From: a virus
Reading direction: 5' to 3' (one strand)
Length of the DNA stretch: 64,000 nt
Virus record (IMG/VR): IMGVR_UViG_3300046455_000477
Location: 11,330-75,329 of that record
Shown here in pieces: positions 9,570 through 19,719 of this stretch. The position numbers and the translations under genes are program-made. Under the pieces are notes generated by a model, which did not search any database, had not been told where the DNA came from, and worked only from the letters and a program-made list of their open reading frames with translations. Every line of letters begins with the position of its first letter. Positions within the stretch are counted from its first letter, which is position 1.

Positions 9570-10178
9570 ATGCCAAAGTATGCGCTCTACGATCCGACGG
9601 TTAGTCCGCCAGCTCCGGTGATGGGCTGGTATGATACCGACGAGCTGACTTATCCCAATCTTCCATCATCTGATCAATTGCTTGAGCTGACTGACGAGGA
9701 GTGGGACGCGCACATGGATGGTAGTCTCTGGGCAGTCGAGGCCGATGCGCTGGTTCCATACGATCCGCCGATACCTCCGGCTTTGCAGGCGTCCATGGAA
9801 TACACGACGCGTGTCAACAATGGAATGACAATTGTCTGCACTTTTAATCCATTGCTTGATGCTGTCTACAGCATGCTGAGCCCTGATTTTATCAAGGCCG
9901 GAGCTATTGCGCGCGACGTCGCCGCTGGTCTTGGTTTCCCAGGTGCGCCAATGATCTTTGTGCGGACCATACCAGACGCGCCTGAGCAAGCGGCGGCACC
10001 GCCAGTCCCGACCTTTGATTATCCGGATATCGACGGCAATATGCATACTTTCACGACGACTCAGTTCACCGACTTCTACCGCGCGATGCGCGACCTACTG
10101 CATGAAATGCAGATACAGACCGACGTCATGGCGGCGGGCGGGACGCCGGTCTGGCCCAGCCAGACCATGGCTATCTAG
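9570..10178 (+). CDS. Tail fibre assembly chaperone (DUF4376-like C-terminus)
   Basis: Real start is the ATG at 9570 (MPKYALYD), just after the fibre stop; VMGWYDTD and YPDIDGNMHTFT motifs. Confidence 0.7.
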   Translation: MPKYALYDPTVSPPAPVMGWYDTDELTYPNLPSSDQLLELTDEEWDAHMDGSLWAVEADALVPYDPPIPPALQASMEYTTRVNNGMTIVCTFNPLLDAVYSMLSPDFIKAGAIARDVAAGLGFPGAPMIFVRTIPDAPEQAAAPPVPTFDYPDIDGNMHTFTTTQFTDFYRAMRDLLHEMQIQTDVMAAGGTPVWPSQTMAI

Positions 10179-10181
10179 CCA

Positions 10182-10274
10182 CCTCCTGCATCGGGGCTAC
10201 GCGACCCCAGGTATGCGAACCGATAGTAGCGTGGAGCCCCCCGGTCGGGCGTCGTGTAGCCCCGACGCAAGGGG
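10182..10274. repeat. Intergenic imperfect inverted repeat, member of a dispersed element
   Basis: Arms 10187-10205 (tgcatcggggctacgcgac) and 10251-10269 (gtcgtgtagccccgacgca); related sequences at 26136-26189 and 30753-30777. Confidence 0.6.
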
Positions 10275-10296
10275 CTGCGGTCACAAGGAGAGTATC

Positions 10297-10770
10297 GTGT
10301 CAGCGACAGTGGACCCCTATGACATCGCACCCGGCGAGCTCATCACGTCGGAGGACATTTCCACCATAGACGTGATCGCGCGGGCGGCGCTCCCCCGAGC
10401 GGGGGGTGAGGTCTACGGACCCATCTACGGAACCGGCGATGATCCGGTCAGGCTTAACGAGCTGGTTGATAAGCACTACGTTGATCAGAACACGGTCAAT
10501 TCGTTTAACGGCAGGACCGGGGACGTTGTCCTGGAGGAGGGCGATGTCAGCGAGGTCCTGGTCCTGCCCATCGCGACCACGACCATTCTGGGCGCCATCA
10601 AGCCAGATGGCGTGTCGGTATCAGTCACGCCGACGGGCGTTCTCAGCATGAATCCCGCCATCCAGATTCCAGACGCACCAATCGACGTTCACACCTATGG
10701 TCGCAAGGACGCGGCCTGGCATCAGGTCATCGCCGCCAGCGGTGATGTTGTAGACGGAGGCAATTTCTGA
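10297..10770 (+). CDS. Short fibre/adaptor protein ending in DGGNF
   Basis: AAGGAG RBS and GTG start at 10297; fibre motifs VNSFNGRTGDVVL, ATTTILGAIKPDG and DAP.D...YGRKDAAW. Confidence 0.7.
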   Translation: MSATVDPYDIAPGELITSEDISTIDVIARAALPRAGGEVYGPIYGTGDDPVRLNELVDKHYVDQNTVNSFNGRTGDVVLEEGDVSEVLVLPIATTTILGAIKPDGVSVSVTPTGVLSMNPAIQIPDAPIDVHTYGRKDAAWHQVIAASGDVVDGGNF

Positions 10771-12329
10771 TGGCCGATATCCTTCGGATCAAGCGGCGCG
10801 TCAGCGGGGCGATCGGTGCTCCGGCATCGTTGGCGAACGCCGAGCTCTCCTATAACGAGGTCGATCACATTCTCTACTATGGGGAAGGAACTGGTGGCGC
10901 CGGGGGGACGGCCTCGGTCATCTCCGCCATCGCTGGTCAGGGGCTTGCCTATACGTCCAATCCAGCCATGAACGGTCCGCCTAACCCCGGCACGCAGGGG
11001 TTATGGTCCAAGGGCGATCATGTTCATCCAAGGGACACGAGCAAGGCAGATCTAAACAATCCATCGTTCACAGGGACTGTAACGATCAATGGCCCGATAA
11101 CCGGCGCGGGGATGGTGGCCTGGTCAGCCTCGCCTGGCCCGATCGGCAGCACCTCCGCGTCGTCTGGGGCGTTCACGACCCTGTCGGCTTCCGGCGCTGT
11201 CTCCGGAACAGGCTTCACGAACTATCTTGCCTCTCCTCCACCTATCGGTAGTACTCTGGCATCAACCGGGGCGTTTACCAACTTGTCGGTCACTGGCACG
11301 CTGGCTGGTCCCGGGGTCACAGCCGCCCTGGCCGGTTATGCCTTGATCAACAGTCAGGTCTTTACCGGCACGCCGTCCCTACCCACCGGGACGATTGGCG
11401 TTACACAGGCAAACACCGTTAATAACACGACGTTGGCGACAACCGCTTACGTCAGATCGGTTCGCCTTGATCAGTTATCGCAGCCAACCGCTGCCGTTAC
11501 GTTCAACAGTCAGTTTATCACCAATCTTCAGGATCCCCTGAACGACCAGGACGCGGCGACGAAGAAGTATGTTGACCAGAACGCCGCGGGTCTGAAGACC
11601 AAGGTCGCCGTCGCGGTCGCGACGACCGCCAACCTGTCCACCTTCACCTATCCAACGACTCAGCCCGTGATCGACGGCTATCAGGTCGCGGTCAATGATC
11701 GCATTTTGATAAAGGACCAGGCATCACAGCAGAACAACGGCATCTACGTCGCGGTTGCTGGCACGTGGGCGCGCTCGCTTGATATGGACACCTGGGCGGA
11801 GGTCCCGCAGGCCTACGTCTTTGTCGTTAATGGCGCGGTCAATTCCTCGAGCGCGTGGGTCTGTAACTCCGCTGTCGGTGGAACGCTTGGTTCGACCGCC
11901 ATCACTTGGGTGCAGTTTAGTCAGCAGGCCTCGGTGACCGCTGGCGCCGGTCTGACCAGAACCGGCAATCAGTTTGACGTGATCGGAACGACGGCGCGCA
12001 TTGCTGTGTTTGCCGACAGCATCGATATCGACAGCAACTACGTCGGCCAGGCGTCTATCACGACGCTAGGCGCCATCACGACGGGGACGTGGAACGGTAG
12101 CACGATCGCCATTGCCCGAGGCGGGACGGGGTCAACAGCCATCGCCAGCGGCTACGTGCTTTCCAACGGGGCGGCGCTCGTTTCGCAGACAACCATCCCC
12201 AACACGGTGATCACCGGCCTCGGCACGATGTCAACGCAGAACGCCAGCAATGTTGTGATAACTGGGGGGACCATAGGGACGGGCGGCATCAGCACTCCCG
12301 GCATAACGATAGACCTTGGGACATTCTGA
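10770..12329 (+). CDS. Fibre protein (519 aa)
   Basis: N-terminal LRIKRR...AELSYNE; ITNLQDP..DQDAATKKYVD; DRILIKDQ...NGIYV; ends IDLGTF. Confidence 0.8.
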   Translation: MADILRIKRRVSGAIGAPASLANAELSYNEVDHILYYGEGTGGAGGTASVISAIAGQGLAYTSNPAMNGPPNPGTQGLWSKGDHVHPRDTSKADLNNPSFTGTVTINGPITGAGMVAWSASPGPIGSTSASSGAFTTLSASGAVSGTGFTNYLASPPPIGSTLASTGAFTNLSVTGTLAGPGVTAALAGYALINSQVFTGTPSLPTGTIGVTQANTVNNTTLATTAYVRSVRLDQLSQPTAAVTFNSQFITNLQDPLNDQDAATKKYVDQNAAGLKTKVAVAVATTANLSTFTYPTTQPVIDGYQVAVNDRILIKDQASQQNNGIYVAVAGTWARSLDMDTWAEVPQAYVFVVNGAVNSSSAWVCNSAVGGTLGSTAITWVQFSQQASVTAGAGLTRTGNQFDVIGTTARIAVFADSIDIDSNYVGQASITTLGAITTGTWNGSTIAIARGGTGSTAIASGYVLSNGAALVSQTTIPNTVITGLGTMSTQNASNVVITGGTIGTGGISTPGITIDLGTF

Positions 12330-15300
12330 ATGGTTGACGTCCTACGAGTCAGGAGAAGAGCCGCCGGAGGTGCGGCCGGGTCGCCGACATCGTTGGCGGC
12401 GTCCGAGATCGCGTTCAACGAGGCAGACAATACGCTCTACTACGGACGCGGCAACAACGGTGCCAATCAGGCGCAGACCATAATCCCGATCGCTGGTCCA
12501 GGCTCCTTTTTGCCTTTATCAGGTGGACAACTGAGCAACGGTCTGGGCTTCGGTGCCGCGACAGCGGCCAGCAACGTCGATCTCACGCGGCACGTCAACC
12601 TGTTCGATGGTGGCGGGGCCAATCGCTTTGGCTTCAACGTCTCCTATGACGGCGTCAACGCGCACCTTAACTATGTCGTGACAGAGACAAGTCACAGTTA
12701 TCACACCTTCGTTGTCGGTGCCGCTAACATCACGACGATAGGTCCGGCCGGTTTGGCCATGGTTGGCGCGACTGACATCACGCTTACGCGTGATCCGCAG
12801 ACGGCGCTGCACGCTGTCTGGCGGCAGTATCTCGACAACAACTACAGCAACAACACGCAGGGCGATGTGCGCTGGGTGAACGTCGGCGGCGACGAGATGA
12901 CCGGACAACTCGTTGTCAGCAACACGCTGTTTGCCAATGGCAACTTTTTATTCAACTTCCGCAACAGCGGCAACCCGTGGCCTGTCGGCGGGTATGGCGC
13001 TTTGGGATGGAACGTCAACGGCGCGTGGGGTGAGGTTGATTTTGTCAACGCTTGTTCATGGGCACCCGCTGGTTTTGATTGGCTACAGGTTACCGGCGAC
13101 GGAACCTGGAAATCGTTGATGAGCATTCGCAACGACGCCATCTTGCGTCTTTACGGAACTGGCATTGGCTACAATGGTCTACCAAGCGGCGGTAATGCCG
13201 TGGGTTACACATGGGACGGAGGTTGGGTCACCGCCTATGTCGATGGCAGCTTGATTGGCAAGCTGACTACATCGGATTTTATATCAAGCAACTACGCGCC
13301 AATCGTGAGTGGCGGCTACCTCGCGCTCTCCGGCGGCTATATGACCGGCGTTATCAACTTCAACAACAGCGGAAACAATAACTACATAGGTCAGGGTAAC
13401 GATGGTGTCGGCGCGGTCAACAACAACATCAAGATATCGTCGTGGTGGGGTGTTGGCTTTTACAATAACGTCGGCGCTGGTAGCGTGCCCGCCGGTCAGG
13501 CTGGTATCTATTTCGATTGCCGAAATGGTGTTGGATACTTCACCGGGCTTAATGTTACCGGCGACGCCGTCACGCATAATATCTATCACGATGGCAGCGT
13601 CGGGATTATGTATCGCGGCGTTGGCGGTGCCAACTGGTACGGGTTTAAGTATGATAACGCCGATGGTACGCATGTCATTATCGATGCGACGGATCACGGG
13701 GCGCTCGCTTTTCGAAGCTGGGTAAGCGCGAATTATGCGCCGATAACCAGTGGAAGTTATGTCGCCAAGGGCGGCGATGTCATGACCGGTCGGCTTACGA
13801 TCAATGCTGCTACACCGCCATGGGGCGCGTTTAATTTCGGATCACAGTTGGTCATCACCGGACCTCAGAACAATTCCATTGCGATCTTTGATAATTCAAA
13901 TGCCAACGGTATCGGGATAACCAATGCAGCGGGGACTTTGGTGATTGCTGGAATGCCAGCGTTAACTGACAGTGCTACGGCTCCGGTTGATCGTTTTAGA
14001 TTGACGGCATCGCTGGCAACGTTCAGCACGCCAGTTCAGATAAACTACACACCAACCGATACGACCGCGCAACTCTGGCTGCGTCCTACAGGCGGCTTTC
14101 TCGGTAAAAGCATCATCCGTTTTGGCGGAACATTCGCCCCTGAGACAGGCGATGGTGGTCCACGATATGTCGCTTCAATTCGTGCCGGGTTTGCCAGCAA
14201 CGCATGGGGTTATGAGAACCTAGATATTTGGCTGAGCAACACAGCCAACGATGCGAACTCAGACGCCGGTCAGGCTCGCGCCGTGCGCTTCACGCTGGGC
14301 CAGACAACGATAGACACGCCGGTCACCATCAACCGAAATCTGGCGGTTTTGGCTACGTCTGGCAACGACCCGATGTATATCCGTGTCCCAAACGGACAAT
14401 GGGCGCGCTATTTTAGTGAAGTTCAGGGAACGCGAACCTGGGCGGCTGGCACACGCAACGATGGCGTCTATGTAATCAGCGATGAGAACGCGCCAGCGAT
14501 CCGTTTTCATATCGACCTGTCCGGCAACGCGGCTTTCTATCAAGGTTTGTCTGTAACAAACAGTCTGAACGTGACCGGCGGCATAAATCTCGTCAATGCT
14601 GCGTCGACCAACCCGCAGGATATGTCGCGCGGCATCACGTTCTGGGGGGCACCTACCAGCGGCTATGGACTTGTCGTTACCGACAGCACGATGAACTACA
14701 ACGTGTTTTTATCCAATAATAAACATGATTTCTATGCTGCTGGCAACTTGTTGTTTCGCATACAAGGTGGCGACTGGGTCACCTCCAATTTGCCAATGAG
14801 AACCACCAGCAGCATGGAGGTGCAAGGCAACGCAGACGTATGGGGCTATTTTCGCGCGGGCGGCAATCACACAGCCGCTCTCGCCGCCGCCGCGAATAAC
14901 TGGGGCGGTCTGATCACGAATAACATCACGCAGGGTCAGGGAGAAACGGACTTCGTCAATTTTTGGTACCCCTACGGCGGGTTCCGCTGGTATCAGAAAG
15001 ACACCGCTGGCGCCACGACGCTCAGAACCCTCATGCAATTGCAACCGAACGGTAATCTGGGACTTGGGGGCGCTGGAATTTACTACACTGTCGCGACCGG
15101 CGGCAACGCGATTGGTTTTGGTTTCGCATCTGACGGAACGGCCAATCGCGTCAAGCTGTACGTGGACAACACCGACCAGGGTTTCCTGGCCACGACCGCG
15201 TTCACGGATGGCGCTTATCTTAAACTCACGGGTGGTTCCGTAACCGGTCACACTGACTTCTCACCTGACGTTAACTTCATAAACGGCAGTTCGGTTCTCA

Positions 15301-17723
15301 ATATCAATGCCAGTTTCGCGGGCGGTTGGAACGGAATTGTTACAACTGGCGATGCCACCATCTTTGAACGGCGAGATGCACCAGATACAGGCGCGCTCAC
15401 GCTCATGACGTGGAGCAGTTCACCGTTAGGCATTCGCATCGATGGCGCGGCGCATACCATCCGCATGGATGCGGTCAGTGGCGTCAATGTCAATGCGCCA
15501 GTGAAGATCGTGAAGGCCGGGGATGGGTTCCCGCTGATCGTCAGTGGAAACACACGGGGCGTGCGCTTTCTGGTTGACGCGACTCAGATGAACATAGAGG
15601 GGGTGGATCAAACCGGGATCACGACATATCAGCCGCTGGGCCTGGGAGGGTCGAGGATCAATCTTAACGCGGTCGTCTACGGGTTGAACGCGGGCGACCG
15701 TGCGACATTCCAGACCGGCATCTATATGAACAACAACGTGGCGTCGGGGCCAACCGATCTGTCACACGGCATCGACATGTATGGCGGCGGCTACGGTTTC
15801 TCCATCACGGGCGGCACGCTGAACATCGTCGCGGGCGGCGCGACGAACTTTTATCCGAATGGTGCCTTTGTCTCTTGGATCAACAACGCTGGCATGGGCT
15901 TCGTAACTGGAAAAGTCCTTACGCTGGGTCGCGATCCGATCGACCCGATGGAAGCCGTGACGAGACAGTTCTTCGATTATCGTCAGTTATATTACAACGT
16001 TAAACACTATGGAGCCGTCGACCGGGTCGAGACCGGCAACGCGACAAACGACAATGCGACCGCGGTCCAGAATACAGATGCGATCAATAGTACCGTTACC
16101 GCTGTGCGAAACGCGGGCGGCGGCACGGTGTTCTTTCCCGCTGGCACGTATCTCACAAGCGGCACGATTGCTCTTTATCCTGGCGTGTCGGTCATGGGTG
16201 TCGGGACAGCATCGATCATCAAACCGCGCACGTCCATGTGGACGTTTGCGTATTTGTTCGGGGCAGACACCGATGTGAGTGCCAGCGTAAGCAATCTCAA
16301 AATTGCTCCGGCTGCTGGGATGTGCGTTGGCGTTATTGGTCAGTTTGCCAACCTTCTGAAAATTCACGACGTTACGTTCGAGGGCACGAATAGTTACTCG
16401 ATCTATTTGGATCGTTGCGGCAACTACGTCATCGAGGATTGCTTCGTTACATCGAGCCTGAGTTTTCCTGGTGGAAGCGTGACGTGCTGGGACTCTACCG
16501 GCGGTAATCACGGTGGAGGCGGCACGATCACGCGCGTCAGGTTCGTCCCGATGTCTGGTGCTCCGCATGGTGATTCTCCCTTTGGTCACAATGGTGCCTG
16601 CATCTATTTAGATGGGCAAGCCACCACCAATATAACTGAATGTTTTCTTATGTGGGGTGCTTATGGCGCTGGACCGATCACGTTTATCCTCCTGCAGGGA
16701 AACTGTCAGGGAAACATACTTCGGGATAATCTGTGTCTCGGTGTTTATTTCGGGATTCTCATTCAGCCGGGTGGTCCCAGCGGTATGATGCCGTCCTACA
16801 TTTCAATGATCGATAATACGATAGACTCTTACGGTGGCATTGGGATTTTTATCGCTGCGAGCACAACTCAGAGTGGCAGAGACATGGTCATTCGCGGAGG
16901 CGCGATCACTCAGCCTGGAAGGCTGTGCACCTCGGTATCTCTTGGCAATCAGGGTTCTGGCTATTGGGTTGGTGATCTTCTGACCGGGCCAAATCCGCCA
17001 TTCGAGGAGGAGGGGTCGGCGGTCATCATTCAGGTAACGACGATAGGAGGTAGCGGCAACGTCACGGGCACCTCCATATATAACCAGGGTCTGTGTCAGA
17101 CTTTCCCGACAACGGTGCCGGTCGCTTATACCGGTGGACACGGATCAGGCGCGACGTTCTATCCGAACTACTCGGATGCTGGTGTCGGCGTCTGGATGAG
17201 AAATACGAACCGCTTTAATATCAGTGATGTCTATATGGAGACTTACGCTGGTCACCAACTTGGCTACGGATTTTTTCTGCAGAACTCCACCAACGGCAAC
17301 ATGAGTCGTAATCAGGTCTATGACCATTATGACGCGATATGGATGTATGACAACAACGTCTATAATATCATATTTTCGCAGAACATACTGGTCGGTAATG
17401 CTCACGTTGATTTCGGCGGGTCAGTTCCGCAGTACTCCGTTGTTCAGGATAACATCGGTGTTCCGTGGCTTTCCGGCACACCTGCGCTACCCGCGACCGG
17501 CGCTTTCGCCGTCAACACCATGCCATACTCGCAACAGGTTTTCATCACGGGCGGCGTTATGTTTGGGATAGCCATCAGGTTCGGGGCACCTCCCGGCATC
17601 GGCATCCAACCGGCGGTCGGCGGTCAGTGGAACGAACCGATCATACTCACGCTGAGACCTGGTAACAGCATAGCGGTGTCTTACACGACGGCTCCAACGT
17701 GGACCTGGATACCGATGCTGTGA
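12330..17723 (+). CDS. Long fibre/tailspike with C-terminal pectate-lyase-like beta-helix (putative depolymerase)
   Basis: Repeated fibre knuckles (YLxLSGGxMTG), then YNVKHYGA...NTDAIN...GGGTVFFPAGTY, the typical start of a beta-helix domain. Confidence 0.85.
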   Translation: MVDVLRVRRRAAGGAAGSPTSLAASEIAFNEADNTLYYGRGNNGANQAQTIIPIAGPGSFLPLSGGQLSNGLGFGAATAASNVDLTRHVNLFDGGGANRFGFNVSYDGVNAHLNYVVTETSHSYHTFVVGAANITTIGPAGLAMVGATDITLTRDPQTALHAVWRQYLDNNYSNNTQGDVRWVNVGGDEMTGQLVVSNTLFANGNFLFNFRNSGNPWPVGGYGALGWNVNGAWGEVDFVNACSWAPAGFDWLQVTGDGTWKSLMSIRNDAILRLYGTGIGYNGLPSGGNAVGYTWDGGWVTAYVDGSLIGKLTTSDFISSNYAPIVSGGYLALSGGYMTGVINFNNSGNNNYIGQGNDGVGAVNNNIKISSWWGVGFYNNVGAGSVPAGQAGIYFDCRNGVGYFTGLNVTGDAVTHNIYHDGSVGIMYRGVGGANWYGFKYDNADGTHVIIDATDHGALAFRSWVSANYAPITSGSYVAKGGDVMTGRLTINAATPPWGAFNFGSQLVITGPQNNSIAIFDNSNANGIGITNAAGTLVIAGMPALTDSATAPVDRFRLTASLATFSTPVQINYTPTDTTAQLWLRPTGGFLGKSIIRFGGTFAPETGDGGPRYVASIRAGFASNAWGYENLDIWLSNTANDANSDAGQARAVRFTLGQTTIDTPVTINRNLAVLATSGNDPMYIRVPNGQWARYFSEVQGTRTWAAGTRNDGVYVISDENAPAIRFHIDLSGNAAFYQGLSVTNSLNVTGGINLVNAASTNPQDMSRGITFWGAPTSGYGLVVTDSTMNYNVFLSNNKHDFYAAGNLLFRIQGGDWVTSNLPMRTTSSMEVQGNADVWGYFRAGGNHTAALAAAANNWGGLITNNITQGQGETDFVNFWYPYGGFRWYQKDTAGATTLRTLMQLQPNGNLGLGGAGIYYTVATGGNAIGFGFASDGTANRVKLYVDNTDQGFLATTAFTDGAYLKLTGGSVTGHTDFSPDVNFINGSSVLNINASFAGGWNGIVTTGDATIFERRDAPDTGALTLMTWSSSPLGIRIDGAAHTIRMDAVSGVNVNAPVKIVKAGDGFPLIVSGNTRGVRFLVDATQMNIEGVDQTGITTYQPLGLGGSRINLNAVVYGLNAGDRATFQTGIYMNNNVASGPTDLSHGIDMYGGGYGFSITGGTLNIVAGGATNFYPNGAFVSWINNAGMGFVTGKVLTLGRDPIDPMEAVTRQFFDYRQLYYNVKHYGAVDRVETGNATNDNATAVQNTDAINSTVTAVRNAGGGTVFFPAGTYLTSGTIALYPGVSVMGVGTASIIKPRTSMWTFAYLFGADTDVSASVSNLKIAPAAGMCVGVIGQFANLLKIHDVTFEGTNSYSIYLDRCGNYVIEDCFVTSSLSFPGGSVTCWDSTGGNHGGGGTITRVRFVPMSGAPHGDSPFGHNGACIYLDGQATTNITECFLMWGAYGAGPITFILLQGNCQGNILRDNLCLGVYFGILIQPGGPSGMMPSYISMIDNTIDSYGGIGIFIAASTTQSGRDMVIRGGAITQPGRLCTSVSLGNQGSGYWVGDLLTGPNPPFEEEGSAVIIQVTTIGGSGNVTGTSIYNQGLCQTFPTTVPVAYTGGHGSGATFYPNYSDAGVGVWMRNTNRFNISDVYMETYAGHQLGYGFFLQNSTNGNMSRNQVYDHYDAIWMYDNNVYNIIFSQNILVGNAHVDFGGSVPQYSVVQDNIGVPWLSGTPALPATGAFAVNTMPYSQQVFITGGVMFGIAIRFGAPPGIGIQPAVGGQWNEPIILTLRPGNSIAVSYTTAPTWTWIPML

Positions 17724-17743
17724 GTAACGCGAGAGGACATACG

Positions 17744-17935
17744 ATGAATAATGAAGAGATCGTCAGGCGACCGCGACCGGCGCGTCCGCCGCATCCCGTG
17801 GCTCCGATACCGATAAATCTGCCGCTGCCATCGACGCAATTGCCATCGTCGTCAGGCACGGCATCCATCGTGCATCCGACGTGGACACCACCGCCGATCC
17901 CAGACAGACCCCCGATAACAAGTGAAAAGGAGTAA
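17744..17935 (+). CDS. Small proline-rich hypothetical protein
   Basis: GAGAGGA RBS before ATG 17744; fills the gap between neighbouring genes. Confidence 0.4.
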   Translation: MNNEEIVRRPRPARPPHPVAPIPINLPLPSTQLPSSSGTASIVHPTWTPPPIPDRPPITSEKE

Positions 17936-17940
17936 CCCGC

Positions 17941-18294
17941 ATGGCCGCGCTCATCATCCCGAACAGCACGACCTTTGGTCAGATGACCAACAGCGTTGTA
18001 AGCCGCCTGGCTGGCCTTAACACGACTGTGCTGCGGCTCAGCGAGGCGGTGTCAACCGCGTCCGCCGGTTTCACTGGAACAGCTGGAACCGAGTTCGAGA
18101 GTCCGTCCGGCAGTATGGGAATGCCGTATCCGTCTGGTAATAATTTCGGCGTGCAACCTGACAGCACAACGCCCGGTGCGAACGGCACGGCATATGCCGA
18201 TGCGGTCACCGCGCTTGCCGCGCAGTGGGCGACCTTCTGGGCGGCGGCGGCACCACTGATCAAGTCACTTGATAACGGTCAGGCAGCAATGTAA
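17941..18294 (+). CDS. Hypothetical virion-associated protein
   Basis: AAGGAG RBS; 117 aa in the fibre block. Confidence 0.6.
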   Translation: MAALIIPNSTTFGQMTNSVVSRLAGLNTTVLRLSEAVSTASAGFTGTAGTEFESPSGSMGMPYPSGNNFGVQPDSTTPGANGTAYADAVTALAAQWATFWAAAAPLIKSLDNGQAAM

Positions 18295-18308
18295 TCAGGG
18301 TGGTCGTC

Positions 18309-18755
18309 ATGACGGTTCCCTACATCGCGAAGGCGACTCCTCTAACACCCATGTGGTGGCCAGCCAAGGAAGCGGGGGAGTCGCGGCAGTACGCGCTGGA
18401 CGTCTCCGAGGTAGTGACAGAGCAGATCTACTCGGTGGGGGTTGGATCAGCGCCGTCCGGACCGGGGGAGCTTGATCTGTCCAACTTCGACGGCTACGGC
18501 GCGGTGTTTTATCTGCGAACAAGCGGTGGTCAGCCGACGCGCATCTACCAGATAAGGTTCACCGTTCAGCTCGTGGACGGCCAGATCCTACGGTTCATCG
18601 TACATCAGGCCATACCCCCCGGACTGCCCGGCTACCCGATTCCGGAACCGCCCAGCACTAGCTTCGAGGAGCTTCCGCTGCCCAACTTTGGTCGATACGA
18701 CTTGTCGAACTACGACAGCGGCTATGTGTATGCCGGAAGGATCATCAGTCCATGA
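18309..18755 (+). CDS. Fibre-tail adaptor-like protein
   Basis: WPAKEAGESRQYALD...SGGQPTRIYQIRFTV resembles phage fibre adaptor domains. Confidence 0.55.
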   Translation: MTVPYIAKATPLTPMWWPAKEAGESRQYALDVSEVVTEQIYSVGVGSAPSGPGELDLSNFDGYGAVFYLRTSGGQPTRIYQIRFTVQLVDGQILRFIVHQAIPPGLPGYPIPEPPSTSFEELPLPNFGRYDLSNYDSGYVYAGRIISP

Positions 18756-19144
18756 CACCCGGAAGCTTTAATCTAAAGCTCTATCGTGGGGACAGTTACA
18801 CCTGGCGCTTCGTGATGTGGTCGGACACGGCCAAGACGATACCGGCCGACCTGGTGGGTGTCGTTCCGAGGGCCGAGATCAGGGACAAGCCGGGGGGCGC
18901 GCTGGTGGTTCCATTGGTGTGCACCGTGGAACCGCCTAATACGGTGCTCGCGATACTTTCGGCCGCAGCGAGCTCTACGCTCCCCTTGCAGGGCTCCTGG
19001 GATCTGCAACTGACATACCCCGACGGGGAGGTCGCGACGGTCGTAGCGGGGTCCGTGGGCGTCACTGCGGACGTGACGAACAGTAGTCAGCATATCAGCT
19101 CCGTCACTCGAAGCGGTCCGACGCCGCTTCGTGCGCGAGGATAG
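18752..19144 (+). CDS. BppU-N-like Ig-fold adaptor
   Basis: NLKLYRGDSY...AEIR...WDLQLT...G.V.VTADVT pattern. Confidence 0.6.
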   Translation: MTPGSFNLKLYRGDSYTWRFVMWSDTAKTIPADLVGVVPRAEIRDKPGGALVVPLVCTVEPPNTVLAILSAAASSTLPLQGSWDLQLTYPDGEVATVVAGSVGVTADVTNSSQHISSVTRSGPTPLRARG

Positions 19145-19706
19145 GGCCGTGGACGACGTCGTTCTGGTTGAAATATCGTCCACGGCCGACGTGACGAGTA
19201 TCGACGCCGTCTCGACCGGCGGAACGGTTTTCGTGGATATTGCTCAGTTGCGGATTGGCGTTGTGGACGTCGTTGTGCCGGAGTCAGGCGTTGTTATCGT
19301 CGACGTCGTCGAGTTCGGTGGTCCGCCAATCGGCTATCCCCAGCTTCCCGTCGAGCTTAGGCAATTGCCGATCAGCTTTCCCTTTGGCGGTCAGGTTGCG
19401 GCTGGTCAGATGGTCAATGTCCCGATGGGTTTTGCCGTGACAATTCCGGACGGTTTGCAGGGTGTCAGGACGTTTGCGGGGACGCCGCCCACGGCTGACG
19501 CGGTCTTTGCCTTGAACCGCCTGACGGGTCCCGCAAGCGTCCCGCTGGGCATGATAACGCTGACCGCAGCCAGTCAGACAGACAACCGGTTGGCAGGCGG
19601 CGGGCTGGCGTTGGCGGCTGGCGATGTCTTGCAGATCGTTGGCCCCGCTCCGCCCGACTCGACGCTATCCGATGTCGGAATCACAATCATGGCAAATCGC
19701 GTGTAG
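19131..19706 (+). CDS. Hypothetical beta-rich virion protein
   Basis: C-terminal LAAGDVLQIV.P...D.TL domain, common in fibre blocks. Confidence 0.55.
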   Translation: MREDRAVDDVVLVEISSTADVTSIDAVSTGGTVFVDIAQLRIGVVDVVVPESGVVIVDVVEFGGPPIGYPQLPVELRQLPISFPFGGQVAAGQMVNVPMGFAVTIPDGLQGVRTFAGTPPTADAVFALNRLTGPASVPLGMITLTAASQTDNRLAGGGLALAAGDVLQIVGPAPPDSTLSDVGITIMANRV

Positions 19707-19719
19707 AGGAGAACAGACA

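Noticed and set aside
9078-10296. ORF-track N-terminal extensions (9078, 9958; likewise 19624, 35621, 40595, 47865, 52757, 57277)
   Set aside because: They overlap upstream genes; downstream starts with an RBS or stop-start coupling fit better.
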